From assembly GCA_017621695.1 (NCBI GenBank), contig JAGASP010000127.1, forward strand, positions 2,681 to 66,680: a stretch of DNA of 64,000 nucleotides. Direction: 5' to 3'. The DNA comes from Clostridia bacterium (GTDB lineage: Bacteria > Bacillota > Clostridia > Oscillospirales > CAG-272). Under the pieces are notes generated by a model. The model ran no database searches. It saw only the letters and a program-made list of their open reading frames with translations, and was not told where the DNA came from. This document shows, in pieces, positions 37,479 to 47,000 of the stretch (position 1 is its first letter; each line of letters begins with the position of its first letter). A program made the translations under genes and the position numbers.

Positions 37479-38630
37479 TTAAAAGTAAGAATTTAGACTT
37501 CTGGAAAGCAGAACAACCGTCTCAACATGCCCCGTCCACGGAAACATATCCACCGGCTGTATCTTCCTCACCTTATACCCACCCTTGGTAAGCGTATACA
37601 GGTCCCGCGCCAACGTTTCGGGATTGCAAGAAACGTATACGACCCGTGCGGGTGCCAAGGACAAGAGACTCCGCAGAAACCTCCCACTACACCCCGCTCT
37701 GGGCGGGTCGGTGATGACCACGTCGGCAGACTCGCCGCGCTCGGCCATCTCGGACATGAAATCCCCCGCGTCGGCGGCGGTGAAGGTGGCGTTTGCGATG
37801 CAGTTTCGTTTCGCGTTTTCCGCAGCGTCGGCCACAGCGTCGCGGTTCACCTCCACGCCAATCACCTCTTTTGCACCCGAGGCCATGATCAAACCGATGG
37901 TACCAGTTCCGCAGTAAGCGTCAATGACAGTCTCCTTGCCTGTCAGCGCGGCAAACTCACGCGCCTTGCCGTAAAGGATCTCGGTCTGCACAGGGTTGAC
38001 CTGATAGAAGGAACGGGGGCTGATGCGGAACTCCAAACCGCACAGACGGTCGGTGATGTATCCTTCGCCAAAGAGGACGTGGCTCTCATTTCCTAAAAAC
38101 AGAGGGGTGTCGGTGGGATTGGTATTCCACACCACCGTGGTGATCTCGGGATGGCGGCGGATCAGCTCGTTAGTCATGGACCCCGCCTGCTTGAATTCAC
38201 CCTTGGCGGTCACCAGCACCACCATGATCTGTCCCGACGAAAATCCGCGACGGATCAGTACGTGGCGCAAAAAGCCTTGTCCTGTTTGGAGATCAAAGGG
38301 GCGGATCTTGAAATTCACACACAGCTTGCGGATGGTACCCAGGATAGGCGCGGCGCACTCGTCCTCCAGCATACAGGACTCCACCTCTACGATGCGGCGG
38401 GAGGCAGACTGATACACGCCTGACACCACCTTGCCGCTTTGTGAGCGGAAGGCTGCCTGGATCTTATTGCGATAGTGGGTGGGATCCTCCATGCCGATGA
38501 TCTCGTCCACGTGACTGTATCTGCCAAGGAGCTTGATCAGCTTGGCCTGTTTCAGATGTAATTGTTCTTCATAAGGGAGGTTCTGCAGGGAACAGCCTCC
38601 GCATTTTTTTGCGTAAGGGCAGGGGAGCAT
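37479..38630 (-). CDS. 23S rRNA (uracil-5-)-methyltransferase, RumA/TrmA family
   Basis: N-terminal Fe-S Cys cluster CPYAKKCGGCSLQNLPYEEQL. SAM-binding VIDAYCGTGTIGLIMASGAKEVIGVEVN. VVITDPPRAGC. C-terminus VYVSCNPETLARDL...PVDMFPWTGHVETVVLLSR. Start moved to ATG 38630 (MLPCPYAKK), which avoids overlap with the upstream gene. Confidence 0.88.
   Translation of the reverse strand: MLPCPYAKKCGGCSLQNLPYEEQLHLKQAKLIKLLGRYSHVDEIIGMEDPTHYRNKIQAAFRSQSGKVVSGVYQSASRRIVEVESCMLEDECAAPILGTIRKLCVNFKIRPFDLQTGQGFLRHVLIRRGFSSGQIMVVLVTAKGEFKQAGSMTNELIRRHPEITTVVWNTNPTDTPLFLGNESHVLFGEGYITDRLCGLEFRISPRSFYQVNPVQTEILYGKAREFAALTGKETVIDAYCGTGTIGLIMASGAKEVIGVEVNRDAVADAAENAKRNCIANATFTAADAGDFMSEMAERGESADVVITDPPRAGCSGRFLRSLLSLAPARVVYVSCNPETLARDLYTLTKGGYKVRKIQPVDMFPWTGHVETVVLLSRSLNSYF
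37502..37523 (-). repeat. 22-bp direct repeat, copy B (inside the rumA-type gene 3' end; att-like)
   Basis: Plus-strand TGGAAAGCAGAACAACCGTCTC encodes ETVVLLS(R) on the minus strand and is identical to 20726-20747. Confidence 0.85.
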
Positions 38631-38661
38631 GGTGGGGATCCTTTCGTTTGTGTCGTTATAT

Positions 38662-39366
38662 TCAGTCAATTTCGATATGCCAAAGGATCCTTTGGCACAT
38701 AACGTAAGCGTTTTCAACGGGGATATCGAACTCCGGCCTGTCGATCCATCCGCCGTATCCGTTCAGGACGGTAAAGGTGAAGCCGTTCTCTGTCTTTTCA
38801 ATTTGGGAATCCAGAATCACGCCAACCTTTTCTTTGAAGGTATCCTCTGTGACACCGCAGAAGCGCACCGTGATGATACACCCCCAAGTGGTGTCCAGAG
38901 TGACCGTAAGGTCCGTATCCGTCTCGGTGCAAGCGATGGGCTCAGCATCATGAAAGTGAAAGGATACGGTTTCCAGAGACGCGGCATCGGTTTGGGTCTT
39001 CAGTTCAAACCAATCCGGCAGAGTGATGGGGGCGGTGTAGGGGGCAAAGCGGTTGTCCTCGGTCAAGGGGAGCTTGTCCCCGGCGAGAAACCTCTCCATG
39101 AGGTCTTGGTCATTCAGCAACCAATCCAAACCGCTCCATTTCTTTTGGGCATCGCCGTACTCGTTGGAAACAATGTACAGACTGCGGATCGACCTGGGAT
39201 GCGGATATCCCTCCTCCCACACGCGCAACCAAAGATCCAGCCTTTGCACGTAGGAAAGGGAAGGATCCAATCCGATGGCGGCGGATTCTCCTCCCGCAAA
39301 CTTGATGGCAAAGAGGGGGGATATGTAGGTGGTGTTATCGGCGGTCTTGACAATGGCGTAGGTCAT
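38662..39366 (-). CDS. Hypothetical protein
   Basis: Start moved to ATG 39366 (MTYAIVKTADN; AAAGGAG upstream), downstream of the stop of the preceding gene at 39399. No recognisable motif. Confidence 0.6.
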   Translation of the reverse strand: MTYAIVKTADNTTYISPLFAIKFAGGESAAIGLDPSLSYVQRLDLWLRVWEEGYPHPRSIRSLYIVSNEYGDAQKKWSGLDWLLNDQDLMERFLAGDKLPLTEDNRFAPYTAPITLPDWFELKTQTDAASLETVSFHFHDAEPIACTETDTDLTVTLDTTWGCIITVRFCGVTEDTFKEKVGVILDSQIEKTENGFTFTVLNGYGGWIDRPEFDIPVENAYVMCQRILWHIEID

Positions 39367-39398
39367 GGTAAGGCTCCTTTCTCTGAATTCAATCTCCG

Positions 39399-40727
39399 TC
39401 AATTTTCCTCTTTGGCTTCCCACAGATTCTTTTCCACCCAGCAAGTCTCGCACCTGTTCCGCTGACAGAGGCATCCCTCCCAGACGCGGAAGTCCTTGTC
39501 CAACTCAGATCGGGGCGTTTGTAGGATGGGACGGATGTAGGTCTCAATGGCTCTTGCCATGATCTCACGGAATCGTTCGTCGGTGAGGATCTGCCAGTTG
39601 TGGGTCTGCTTTCCGTCGGTGGTCAGCCGCGTGCTGAAGCAGGCGGGGTAGGGCTGACCCACAGGGTACAGCGAGATATTGAAGTAATACACGTCCGAAT
39701 AGGCCGACTTCTGCGCCTCAAATTCCAGCACAAAGTCATCGGGGAGCTTTTTCGTCCATTTGGAGGCCTTTTTGGCAAATCCCAAGGGCTTGAGATAGGC
39801 GTGGATGCGGGACAGAAACTCCTTCTGACGCTCCTTTTTCAGCGCGAGGATATCGTCCTTGGCCGTGTGTCGGTACTGCTCGAACACCGCCTGTATGGCG
39901 CGGGTGGCCTCGGCTTCATCTTCATCGCTCCGTATGATGGCGGCATGGCGGAGCTTGATATCCTCGTCATCCTCTCCCCAATGGGTGAAATGCTCTTCCT
40001 CGGGAATGGAGGTGAATCCGTAGACCACCCGAATGCGGGTACCGTAGTCCCGAATATTGACAACAAAAGCTGCCTTTTCGGTTGTGTAGCGGTAGAAGTG
40101 AAAATGCTTCCACTCTGCCTCCTTCATACCGCCCTTCAAGGCGTCATCCCGATAGGCCAGCATACGCTCGGTGTTTCGTCTTGTCAGGCAGTCCTCTTCG
40201 GGATGCTCCGCGAAATAGGCACGGATGCGCGCCAGCTCGTCGTGAGAGGGAAGCTGGTAACATTTCAGATCGGTGATCTCCAAATGGAAATAGGGCTGAT
40301 CCCGTACCTGATCCCGCAGATAGACCAGGCCACGGGTAAAAATCTCCTTGACAACGGCACTATTGGGCTTTCTGTCCTCTACGCGGTAGTAGAGAAAATC
40401 ATCTCCCAACGAGCATTTGACCCAATCCCCTGCGCGAACCGTGGCCATTTCTTTTTCATTGTAGCAGAGACTCACCAATCTTTCATAGATACGGCGGTCT
40501 GTTTCGGTCTCGCAATCACCGGCAAAATGGCGCAACTCGCCGTAATAGGCATCGTAGAGCCGATGGTCCAACAGCAACTGCAGTCCCTTCGCGAAGCTGA
40601 CCTTTCTGCCGTAGTCTTCTCCAAAAAGCTCGTCCAGATCATTCCCGAAGGCGGCCTTGTAGGTTATCCATTTCTTTTGAAAATCGCTGGACTCAAAAAA
40701 CTGCTTGTAGGTATCCTGTGTGAGCAT
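39399..40727 (-). CDS. Hypothetical protein with DUF4304-like C-terminal region
   Basis: 442-aa ORF with SD AAGGAG. The segment LKPLGFAKKASKWTKKLPDDFVLEFEAQKSAYSDVYYFNISLYP resembles the DUF4304 pattern. The C-terminus carries CLCQRNRCETC. Confidence 0.55.
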   Translation of the reverse strand: MLTQDTYKQFFESSDFQKKWITYKAAFGNDLDELFGEDYGRKVSFAKGLQLLLDHRLYDAYYGELRHFAGDCETETDRRIYERLVSLCYNEKEMATVRAGDWVKCSLGDDFLYYRVEDRKPNSAVVKEIFTRGLVYLRDQVRDQPYFHLEITDLKCYQLPSHDELARIRAYFAEHPEEDCLTRRNTERMLAYRDDALKGGMKEAEWKHFHFYRYTTEKAAFVVNIRDYGTRIRVVYGFTSIPEEEHFTHWGEDDEDIKLRHAAIIRSDEDEAEATRAIQAVFEQYRHTAKDDILALKKERQKEFLSRIHAYLKPLGFAKKASKWTKKLPDDFVLEFEAQKSAYSDVYYFNISLYPVGQPYPACFSTRLTTDGKQTHNWQILTDERFREIMARAIETYIRPILQTPRSELDKDFRVWEGCLCQRNRCETCWVEKNLWEAKEEN

Positions 40728-40738
40728 AGCGGTCTCCT

Positions 40739-41563
40739 TTATATAAACTCAATCACCCTCGCCGTCTCCTTCCCGGTCTCGATCTGGGGGATCCTCTCGG
40801 CGTACATACTCTCAAAATCGAAATGCTGATGCCCTGTCAGGATATACTTGATCAGAGGCTCCTTTGCGATGTACTCCATCATCTCCAGAGTCACCTCATC
40901 CGCCTTCTGCTGGATATACCGATCGGGGGGATAACCCTGCATCAGCTCCTCGGGCACCCCCATGAGGTAAGCGCAGGGACAGTAGCTCATCATGCGCTCG
41001 TAGAACTTGGGATCGTACAGCGGGGTGTGCATCATCAGCACGATGGGCAGACCTTTGGCCACCTCTCCCTTCAAAAACTCAAACTGCTCGGGCTCAAAAA
41101 GGTAGTACCCGTTATCCAATGACACGAAGTTGACCCCGTTCACCACACGGGAGTCCATGCGGATGTTGTTCTTAAAGCAGGCCTGCACTGCGGGAAGGCT
41201 CTGATTGCGGTAGTCCGCGTCCTCCTTGGCCTCCCCCACGTAGAGGGAGAACTCGTGGTTGCCCGTGGCCATGTAGACGTCGTGGGTGTCGGTAAAGGCC
41301 TTCACCGCCTCCAGATTGGCCAGAGACACGAAGTCGATGAGATCCCCCGTGTGGAAGATGGGGGCGTTCAGCTCACGGGACAGCTCCCCCGCCTCGGCCA
41401 ACACCTTTTCGGCGTTAGGGAAGGAGGGAAGCCGCCAGTCCACGAGATCCACCTTGCGCTGACCGTCGCGCAGATCGGCATAGGTCAGGTGGGTGTCGGA
41501 GAGGTGGATGATCTTGAAGGGCGCGGTGGCGCCGACGGGGAGGGTGGTGTGGATGATATTCAT
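40739..41563 (-). CDS. Calcineurin-like metallophosphoesterase
   Basis: Start moved to ATG 41563 (MNIIHTTLP; AAAGGA upstream). Motifs IIHLSDTHL, FHTGDLID and ATGNHEF. Confidence 0.8.
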   Translation of the reverse strand: MNIIHTTLPVGATAPFKIIHLSDTHLTYADLRDGQRKVDLVDWRLPSFPNAEKVLAEAGELSRELNAPIFHTGDLIDFVSLANLEAVKAFTDTHDVYMATGNHEFSLYVGEAKEDADYRNQSLPAVQACFKNNIRMDSRVVNGVNFVSLDNGYYLFEPEQFEFLKGEVAKGLPIVLMMHTPLYDPKFYERMMSYCPCAYLMGVPEELMQGYPPDRYIQQKADEVTLEMMEYIAKEPLIKYILTGHQHFDFESMYAERIPQIETGKETARVIEFI

Positions 41564-41591
41564 GGTTGGGTTCCTTTCAGAAACGCGGATC

Positions 41592-42287
41592 TTACTTGTG
41601 TGTAAACTCCGTAATAAACAGGACAGATTCTTCCGTGTCCAATGCCATATAGATATAATTGTACTGTGCTTCAGACACCGCCTCGTTAAAGCTGTCGGTC
41701 TCATAACAGTACAGCAGGAAGTACTCGCAGTCATTCGTCTGGAGGGCGGTGATGGTGGGGATACCTTCCGTAATGGATGCCTTGTCGGTCAGCCACGCTT
41801 CGGTGTCCATTCCTTCCAAAAAGGCCTCCGCGTCAGAAGGGCTTGCAAACCGTGCCACGGAATCGTAGCGAAGCAGATACTCGTCCGAGGAGGTCTGCTT
41901 GCCGCCCGTCCAGTCTTGGGTAATGACCGTCATATCCTCGGGAAACGCGATACCCAACTCGGTTTTCAGACCGTCCAGGTACTCTGCATCAGTAGAGTAC
42001 TGGGTAAGAGACACCGACAAAAGCCCGCCGTATATCAGAAGAAGAGCAGAGAACACGATCCCGATAACAAGATTCTTCTTGATCTTCAACCCGATCCCAA
42101 AGGCCAGGCAACCCAGAGGGATCAGCATGAACAAAAAGGCGAGCCAGGCAAATCGAGCGGTGTGGTACATAGCCTCCGAGGCGGAGGCGGTGGGGGAGCG
42201 GTCGCTCAGCATGACGATGAGCGCAAAGCTGACGATAAAGCTTGCGGCCGAGAGTATGACGAGAAGAACAGACAGAAATTTTTTCAT
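41592..42287 (-). CDS. Membrane protein (about 4 TM helices plus soluble C-terminal domain), function unknown
   Basis: The track ORF starts at GTG 42308. ATG 42287 (MKKFLSVLLVILSAASFIV) follows AAAGGAG and is preferred. Confidence 0.6.
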   Translation of the reverse strand: MKKFLSVLLVILSAASFIVSFALIVMLSDRSPTASASEAMYHTARFAWLAFLFMLIPLGCLAFGIGLKIKKNLVIGIVFSALLLIYGGLLSVSLTQYSTDAEYLDGLKTELGIAFPEDMTVITQDWTGGKQTSSDEYLLRYDSVARFASPSDAEAFLEGMDTEAWLTDKASITEGIPTITALQTNDCEYFLLYCYETDSFNEAVSEAQYNYIYMALDTEESVLFITEFTHK

Positions 42288-42371
42288 GAAGGGTACACTC
42301 CTTTTCACACTGCGATGGGGCGGGAGGCGAACTGAAAGCAGATGCGCCCGCCCTACGGAGACCGAATGAGC

Positions 42372-43697
42372 TTACAAAAGCCCCCAGAAGATCCAAATAA
42401 ACAAATACCCCGAAAGCACTGCCGTCAAGGTAAACGGCACGCTGATCTTCATGAAGTCCTTCGCCTTGACCTCGTAACCCTCCTTGCGGAGAATACCGAT
42501 GCCCGTGATGTTCGCGCTGGCACCGATGGGGGTAATGTTGCCGCCAAGCGTCGCGCCAACCAGCAGACCGAAGTACAGAACGTAAGGCTCCACGCCCATA
42601 CCCGCCGCAACGCTTGTCACCACGGGGAGCATGGTCAGCACGTAGGGGATGTTGTCAACTACGGCGGAGATCAGCACCGAGGCGAAGACAATAACGGTAT
42701 ACATGAGGAACAGATTGCCGCCGCCCAGCTTCACCAGAAGCTCGGCCAGCTTGTCGATGACCCCCGCCGAGGTGATACCCTGGATAACTACGAACAGGGA
42801 AGCCAGCAGGAGCAAAGTCTGATAGTCCATCTCCTTGAACACGTTTTTGGTGGACTCAAACTTCTTGGTACGGCAGAGATTGACCACGATACCCACCACG
42901 AGCAGTACCATGCAGATGATACCGTTGCGGAGGTTGTAGAGGGTCAGAAGCACGCCCTCAGAAGGTTTGGGGATGAAGGAAGCAAGGATCAGCGCAAGCA
43001 CGACGCCCACCATGAGGAAGGAGGGGACGTAATCCTTGACCTCTGTACGGTCAGTCAGCTTCAGAGGGCTGGTCTCCTTGTGGAAAAGGAACAGAAGGAT
43101 CACCACGGTCAAAGCTGCGCCCAGCTCCACCGCCCAGAAGATACCGGGACGGCCGCGGAACCAGAAGAAATCAAAGAAGGTCATGTCGGCGTAGCCACCC
43201 AGGAGAATGGAGGTGGTGTCGCCTACCAGGGTCGCCGCGCCCTGCAGATTCGACGAGACCGCAATGGAGATGATGGCGGGCACGGGGGACATATTCTGCT
43301 TTTTGCACACCGCCAAAGCGATGGGTGCGATCATCAAAACGGTGGCCACGTTGTCCACGAAGGCCGATACCACGCCCGACAGCACCGCCATAGCCACGAT
43401 GGCCATTTTGACGTTTCCAAACTTGGACAGCATCACGTCGGCAATGCGCATAGGCATTTTGGACTCAATGAACAAAGTCACGATGCCCATGGTGCCCGTG
43501 ATCATCATGAGGATGTTGAAGTCGATAGCACCTACAACGGTACCGAGACCAAACTCAATATCGGCGCAGAAGAAGGTCAGCCACACCGAGAAGACCACCG
43601 CCGAAGCAAGGGCTATATAGGAGCGGTATTTAGGGAGCGCAAACAGGAGAACGTACGTGATAACGAAAAGAATGATAGCGATCAGGAAGGGGGACAT
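42372..43697 (-). CDS. ArsB/NhaD-superfamily (ion-transporter superfamily) permease
   Basis: 441-aa polytopic membrane protein with SD AAAGGAG. Segments such as SAFVDNVATVLMIAPIALAV and AVSSNLQGAATLVGDTTSILLG resemble the CitMHS/ArsB/NhaD anion-permease pattern. The substrate is unknown. Confidence 0.7.
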   Translation of the reverse strand: MSPFLIAIILFVITYVLLFALPKYRSYIALASAVVFSVWLTFFCADIEFGLGTVVGAIDFNILMMITGTMGIVTLFIESKMPMRIADVMLSKFGNVKMAIVAMAVLSGVVSAFVDNVATVLMIAPIALAVCKKQNMSPVPAIISIAVSSNLQGAATLVGDTTSILLGGYADMTFFDFFWFRGRPGIFWAVELGAALTVVILLFLFHKETSPLKLTDRTEVKDYVPSFLMVGVVLALILASFIPKPSEGVLLTLYNLRNGIICMVLLVVGIVVNLCRTKKFESTKNVFKEMDYQTLLLLASLFVVIQGITSAGVIDKLAELLVKLGGGNLFLMYTVIVFASVLISAVVDNIPYVLTMLPVVTSVAAGMGVEPYVLYFGLLVGATLGGNITPIGASANITGIGILRKEGYEVKAKDFMKISVPFTLTAVLSGYLFIWIFWGLL

Positions 43698-43835
43698 GGT
43701 TAGGGCTCCTTTGTGTATATTGTTCTTTGTGCTGTGACCATCCGACAGGTGGTTTTGCAGACAGGCAACACATCATGGTTATTCAGATGCGTGCAGTCAT
43801 GCTCTTAAAGCGAAAACGCATGGCAACACAGCATT

Positions 43836-43864
43836 ATTATACCACTTTTGAATGCTTCCGTCAA
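43836..43864 (-). promoter_or_regulatory. Sigma-A-type promoter of the permease gene
   Basis: Minus strand reads TTGACG (43864-43859), a 17-nt spacer, then TATAAT (43841-43836). A ~130-nt leader follows. Confidence 0.65.
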
Positions 43865-44037
43865 TCCGTTGATGGGATTTTAGGGGTAGGTGCGTGCCAA
43901 AAAGCGAATGCTTTTTTTGGTAATTATTACAAACCGGGAGAATCGATGAAGAGAACTAAAGAAAAAGATTTTTGGATCTGACCATCATAAATGCCCCCAT
44001 GTTTCGCATGGGGGCATAAAATGAAGAGATCGGATGA

Positions 44038-47000
44038 TTAACTCTGTACCTCAACGTTACGAATCACGGCCATAATGCAAAGGCCGTCGGAATCCTCGTT
44101 GGGAACGAGAGCAAAGACCACGTCTATTGTCTTTCCGCTGTAAGCGGAGAGATCGGCGCAGACACCCGAGGGAGCGCCCTCGGTGCCTTGAAAAACGATC
44201 TTGTCGGGATGGGTGGCCACGTCATAGCCCGTGGAGGAGAAGAAGTGCTTGGCGGAATCATGAATGCCGGGATTGCCCGTCACGTCCGAGAAGCCGCCTC
44301 GGTTGTACAGGGTGCACTCGTTCCAGGTCTTGCCGCCGTCGGCCGTCCACATATACTTGTCGATACCGCCCTCGGCGATGGCCCAGCCCGCCAGGGCCAG
44401 CTTGCCACCGTCCACGGTGGCGTTCTTGTAGTCGATGAAGTCCAGGGGCTTATCCGAGTTGGTGCCGCGGGAGTTATAAGGGCCGTCCCCGTCGCCGTTG
44501 CCGTTGATGAAGTCGATCATGGAGGCGTAGCGCACGTCGGAGACCGTCCAGCCCGAGTTGGGATCCACGTAGTAGCCGGGGCTGGTGCTGTCGTCGGCCT
44601 CGGGAGCCTCCCCCGTGGAGAAGTCGATGGTGCCCGCAATGGCGCCGCCCTTGTAGATCTCACCCACACCCTTGGTGTTGAGTCGGCAGATATCCTCCAG
44701 GCTGTCGGCCAGACCCAGGTAGGCAATATCCACGTAGGTCTCGGGGGAGGTGGTGACGTTGAAGACGTCGAAGCGGACGTGGAGAGCGGTGTAGGAGCCC
44801 GAGGAGTCGGGAGCGAAGGTAGGGAGATGCTGATCCGCCACGTCCACCAAAAGCACGTGCCAGTTCCCATCAGCGATCAGCTCGTTGACGTGGAAGCTGT
44901 CCCCCGCGTGGGCATCGGAATGCTCAGTGCTGGTGAAGAACTCGAACTGCACCGCCTCGGCGTTCTCCTTGGGCAGACGGTACTTCACCGCCAGGTACTG
45001 ACCCGTGGGGCTTATATCCGAGTTGGAGTAGGCCTGGAAGAAGGCCTCGCTCGCGGCGTCCCCGGGACCGTAGAGACGGACGTAGGTCTTGTCCTCGGAA
45101 AGCTCGGCCTTGCCGGGGAAGTTGGAGGTTTTGGCAGCCTGATACAGCACCTCGGCCTCGTGATAGACGTTCATGGAGTTGGTCAGAATGTCCTCCTCGG
45201 AGCTTGGCCAGCCTGCAAAGTCGGCGTCGGCCACGATCTTGAAGGTGCGGCTCTCGACACCGTCCATATTGAAGGCGAAGGCGTAGGAGTAGGTGCCGTT
45301 CCGATCGTAATAGACGGTATAGCCGTCGTAGTAGTGGGCGTGGCCCTTCTTGTCGGGGGTCTTGGAGGAGTTGACCATCAGCTCTATCCACTTGCCGTCC
45401 ACCTTCTCGTAGACCGTAGGCGCGGTCAACTTCTCAAAGCCGTACACGCGGACGGCCTTGTAACTTACGCCGCCCGATACGGTGAACTCAGCGGACTTGC
45501 CGTTTAAGGACTTGACCTTGGGCAGATACACGCTCTCCATAGCCTCGCCGTCCTGCACCGTCAGCTTCAGACCGTTCAGACAGGTGTTTTCGCGTATCTT
45601 CTGCATATTGCTGTCATCGGTGGAATCATAGAAGCCCCAGGGGGAGATGACGAGGCAGAGCTTCATGGTGTCGCCCTTCTTGAGGGTGACGGCGTCCAGA
45701 TCCAGGGACAGGCTGTATTTGGCGTTGGCGCCCACCATGACGAAGTCCGCGTCGCACTTCTGACCGCCGATGGTGAAGTCGGAGTCGTAGATCATGAAGC
45801 CCAGGTTGACGTTGTTCTTCTCCCAGCCCGAGGCGGCGTTGCCCAGATCGTACAGCGCCACGTAGGGGAAGAGATCGCCCAGCTTGAGCACCTCGGGGAC
45901 AGCCTTCATGTTGGTGTTGCCGTGGATGATCTGATTGCCCTCGCCCAGGTAGCCGATCTTCTGATATTTGCCCGCGTAGCCCTCCAGGGAGTAGAAGGAG
46001 AAATCGTGGGAGAAGTCGGCGATGGAGATATCCTCCAGCACCTCGTAGTGGATCTCGTAGTAGGCGCGAAGCTCGTCAGTCTCGGGCATCTCCAGATGGT
46101 TGTAACTCACCTTGATGCGGCCGTCGTCCGAGATATAGTCCATCTTGACGTCGGTGTAGACGGGACCCGAGGAGAGGATGGTGTTTTGGTAGTTCTCGGT
46201 GGCGGCGTAACCTCCGTCCTTGTCGGTGTACTGGAGGAAGTACTGGTAGCCGCCGTGGGTATGCTGGGGCTGGTTGCTGTAGCCCTCGCCTTCGGGAAGC
46301 TCGAACCAGTAGGGCATGGACATGGAGCGGAAGTCGGGGAGGGTCCAGAGGTCACGGGCACCGTACAGCGGGCTGATACAGCTGGTCTCGGTGGTGCCCA
46401 GAGACAGGTGGTAGTAGGGCCAGAAGAACTGGATGGAGGAGAGCTGCTTCAGCGGCACAAGACCCCAGTTCATGTAAAGGTTGAGTACCGTCAGCTCGGT
46501 GGTGGAGCCCGCCTTCACCGAAACGGGGAAGTAGGACTCGGAGTAGGAGGGATCCCCGGGATCGAAGACGGGCTCCTCGTTCTCGCCCTTGAAGTTCTTG
46601 TAGATCATGACGGGGATGGGCAGGAGCATATCGTTCTTGTCCAGGATCAGGGCGTTCTCACAGCATCCGCTGGTGGCGTAGGTGTAAGCGTAAATGGTGC
46701 GGTCGCTCTCTCCGCCCTGGACGGTCACGTCCGAAGTGTAGTGGCGGTTCTGCTCGGTGAAGAAGGGCTCGTTGAAGCCGGTGCCGCCGATGTTGAACCT
46801 GTAGGCACCGCGGAGTACATCATAACCCGCGTAGGAGCTACCGCTGACCGTCTCCAGAGGATGCCGCTCAAACTCGGCCTCGCGGAGGAAGTCGGTAAAG
46901 TCGTGGGTCTGATCCGTGTAGAGGCGATGACCCATGTAGAAGTCGTCGGCGGTGGTATTGGGATCGAAATGGATCACACCGCCCTCGGGCTTCGCGGTCT

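Larger units (their letters stand above)
20748..37501. mobile_element. Putative integrated genomic island (carbohydrate-active cargo, no integrase seen) between the two 22-bp repeats
   Basis: Bounded by perfect same-orientation 22-bp repeats. One lies inside the intact rumA-type gene 3' end. The other is an orphan fragment abutting a terminator. See findings. Confidence 0.4.

Noticed and set aside
37270-37482. 70-aa plus-strand ORF between the GH2 gene and the rumA-type gene
   Set aside because: It has no SD, lies in an AT-rich intergenic region and spans the minus-strand terminator hairpin of the rumA-type gene.
42342-43703. 453-aa plus-strand ORF rich in His/Arg/Gly/Asp
   Set aside because: It is antisense to a well-formed 441-aa polytopic permease gene that has its own SD and promoter. 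It has no domain signal.
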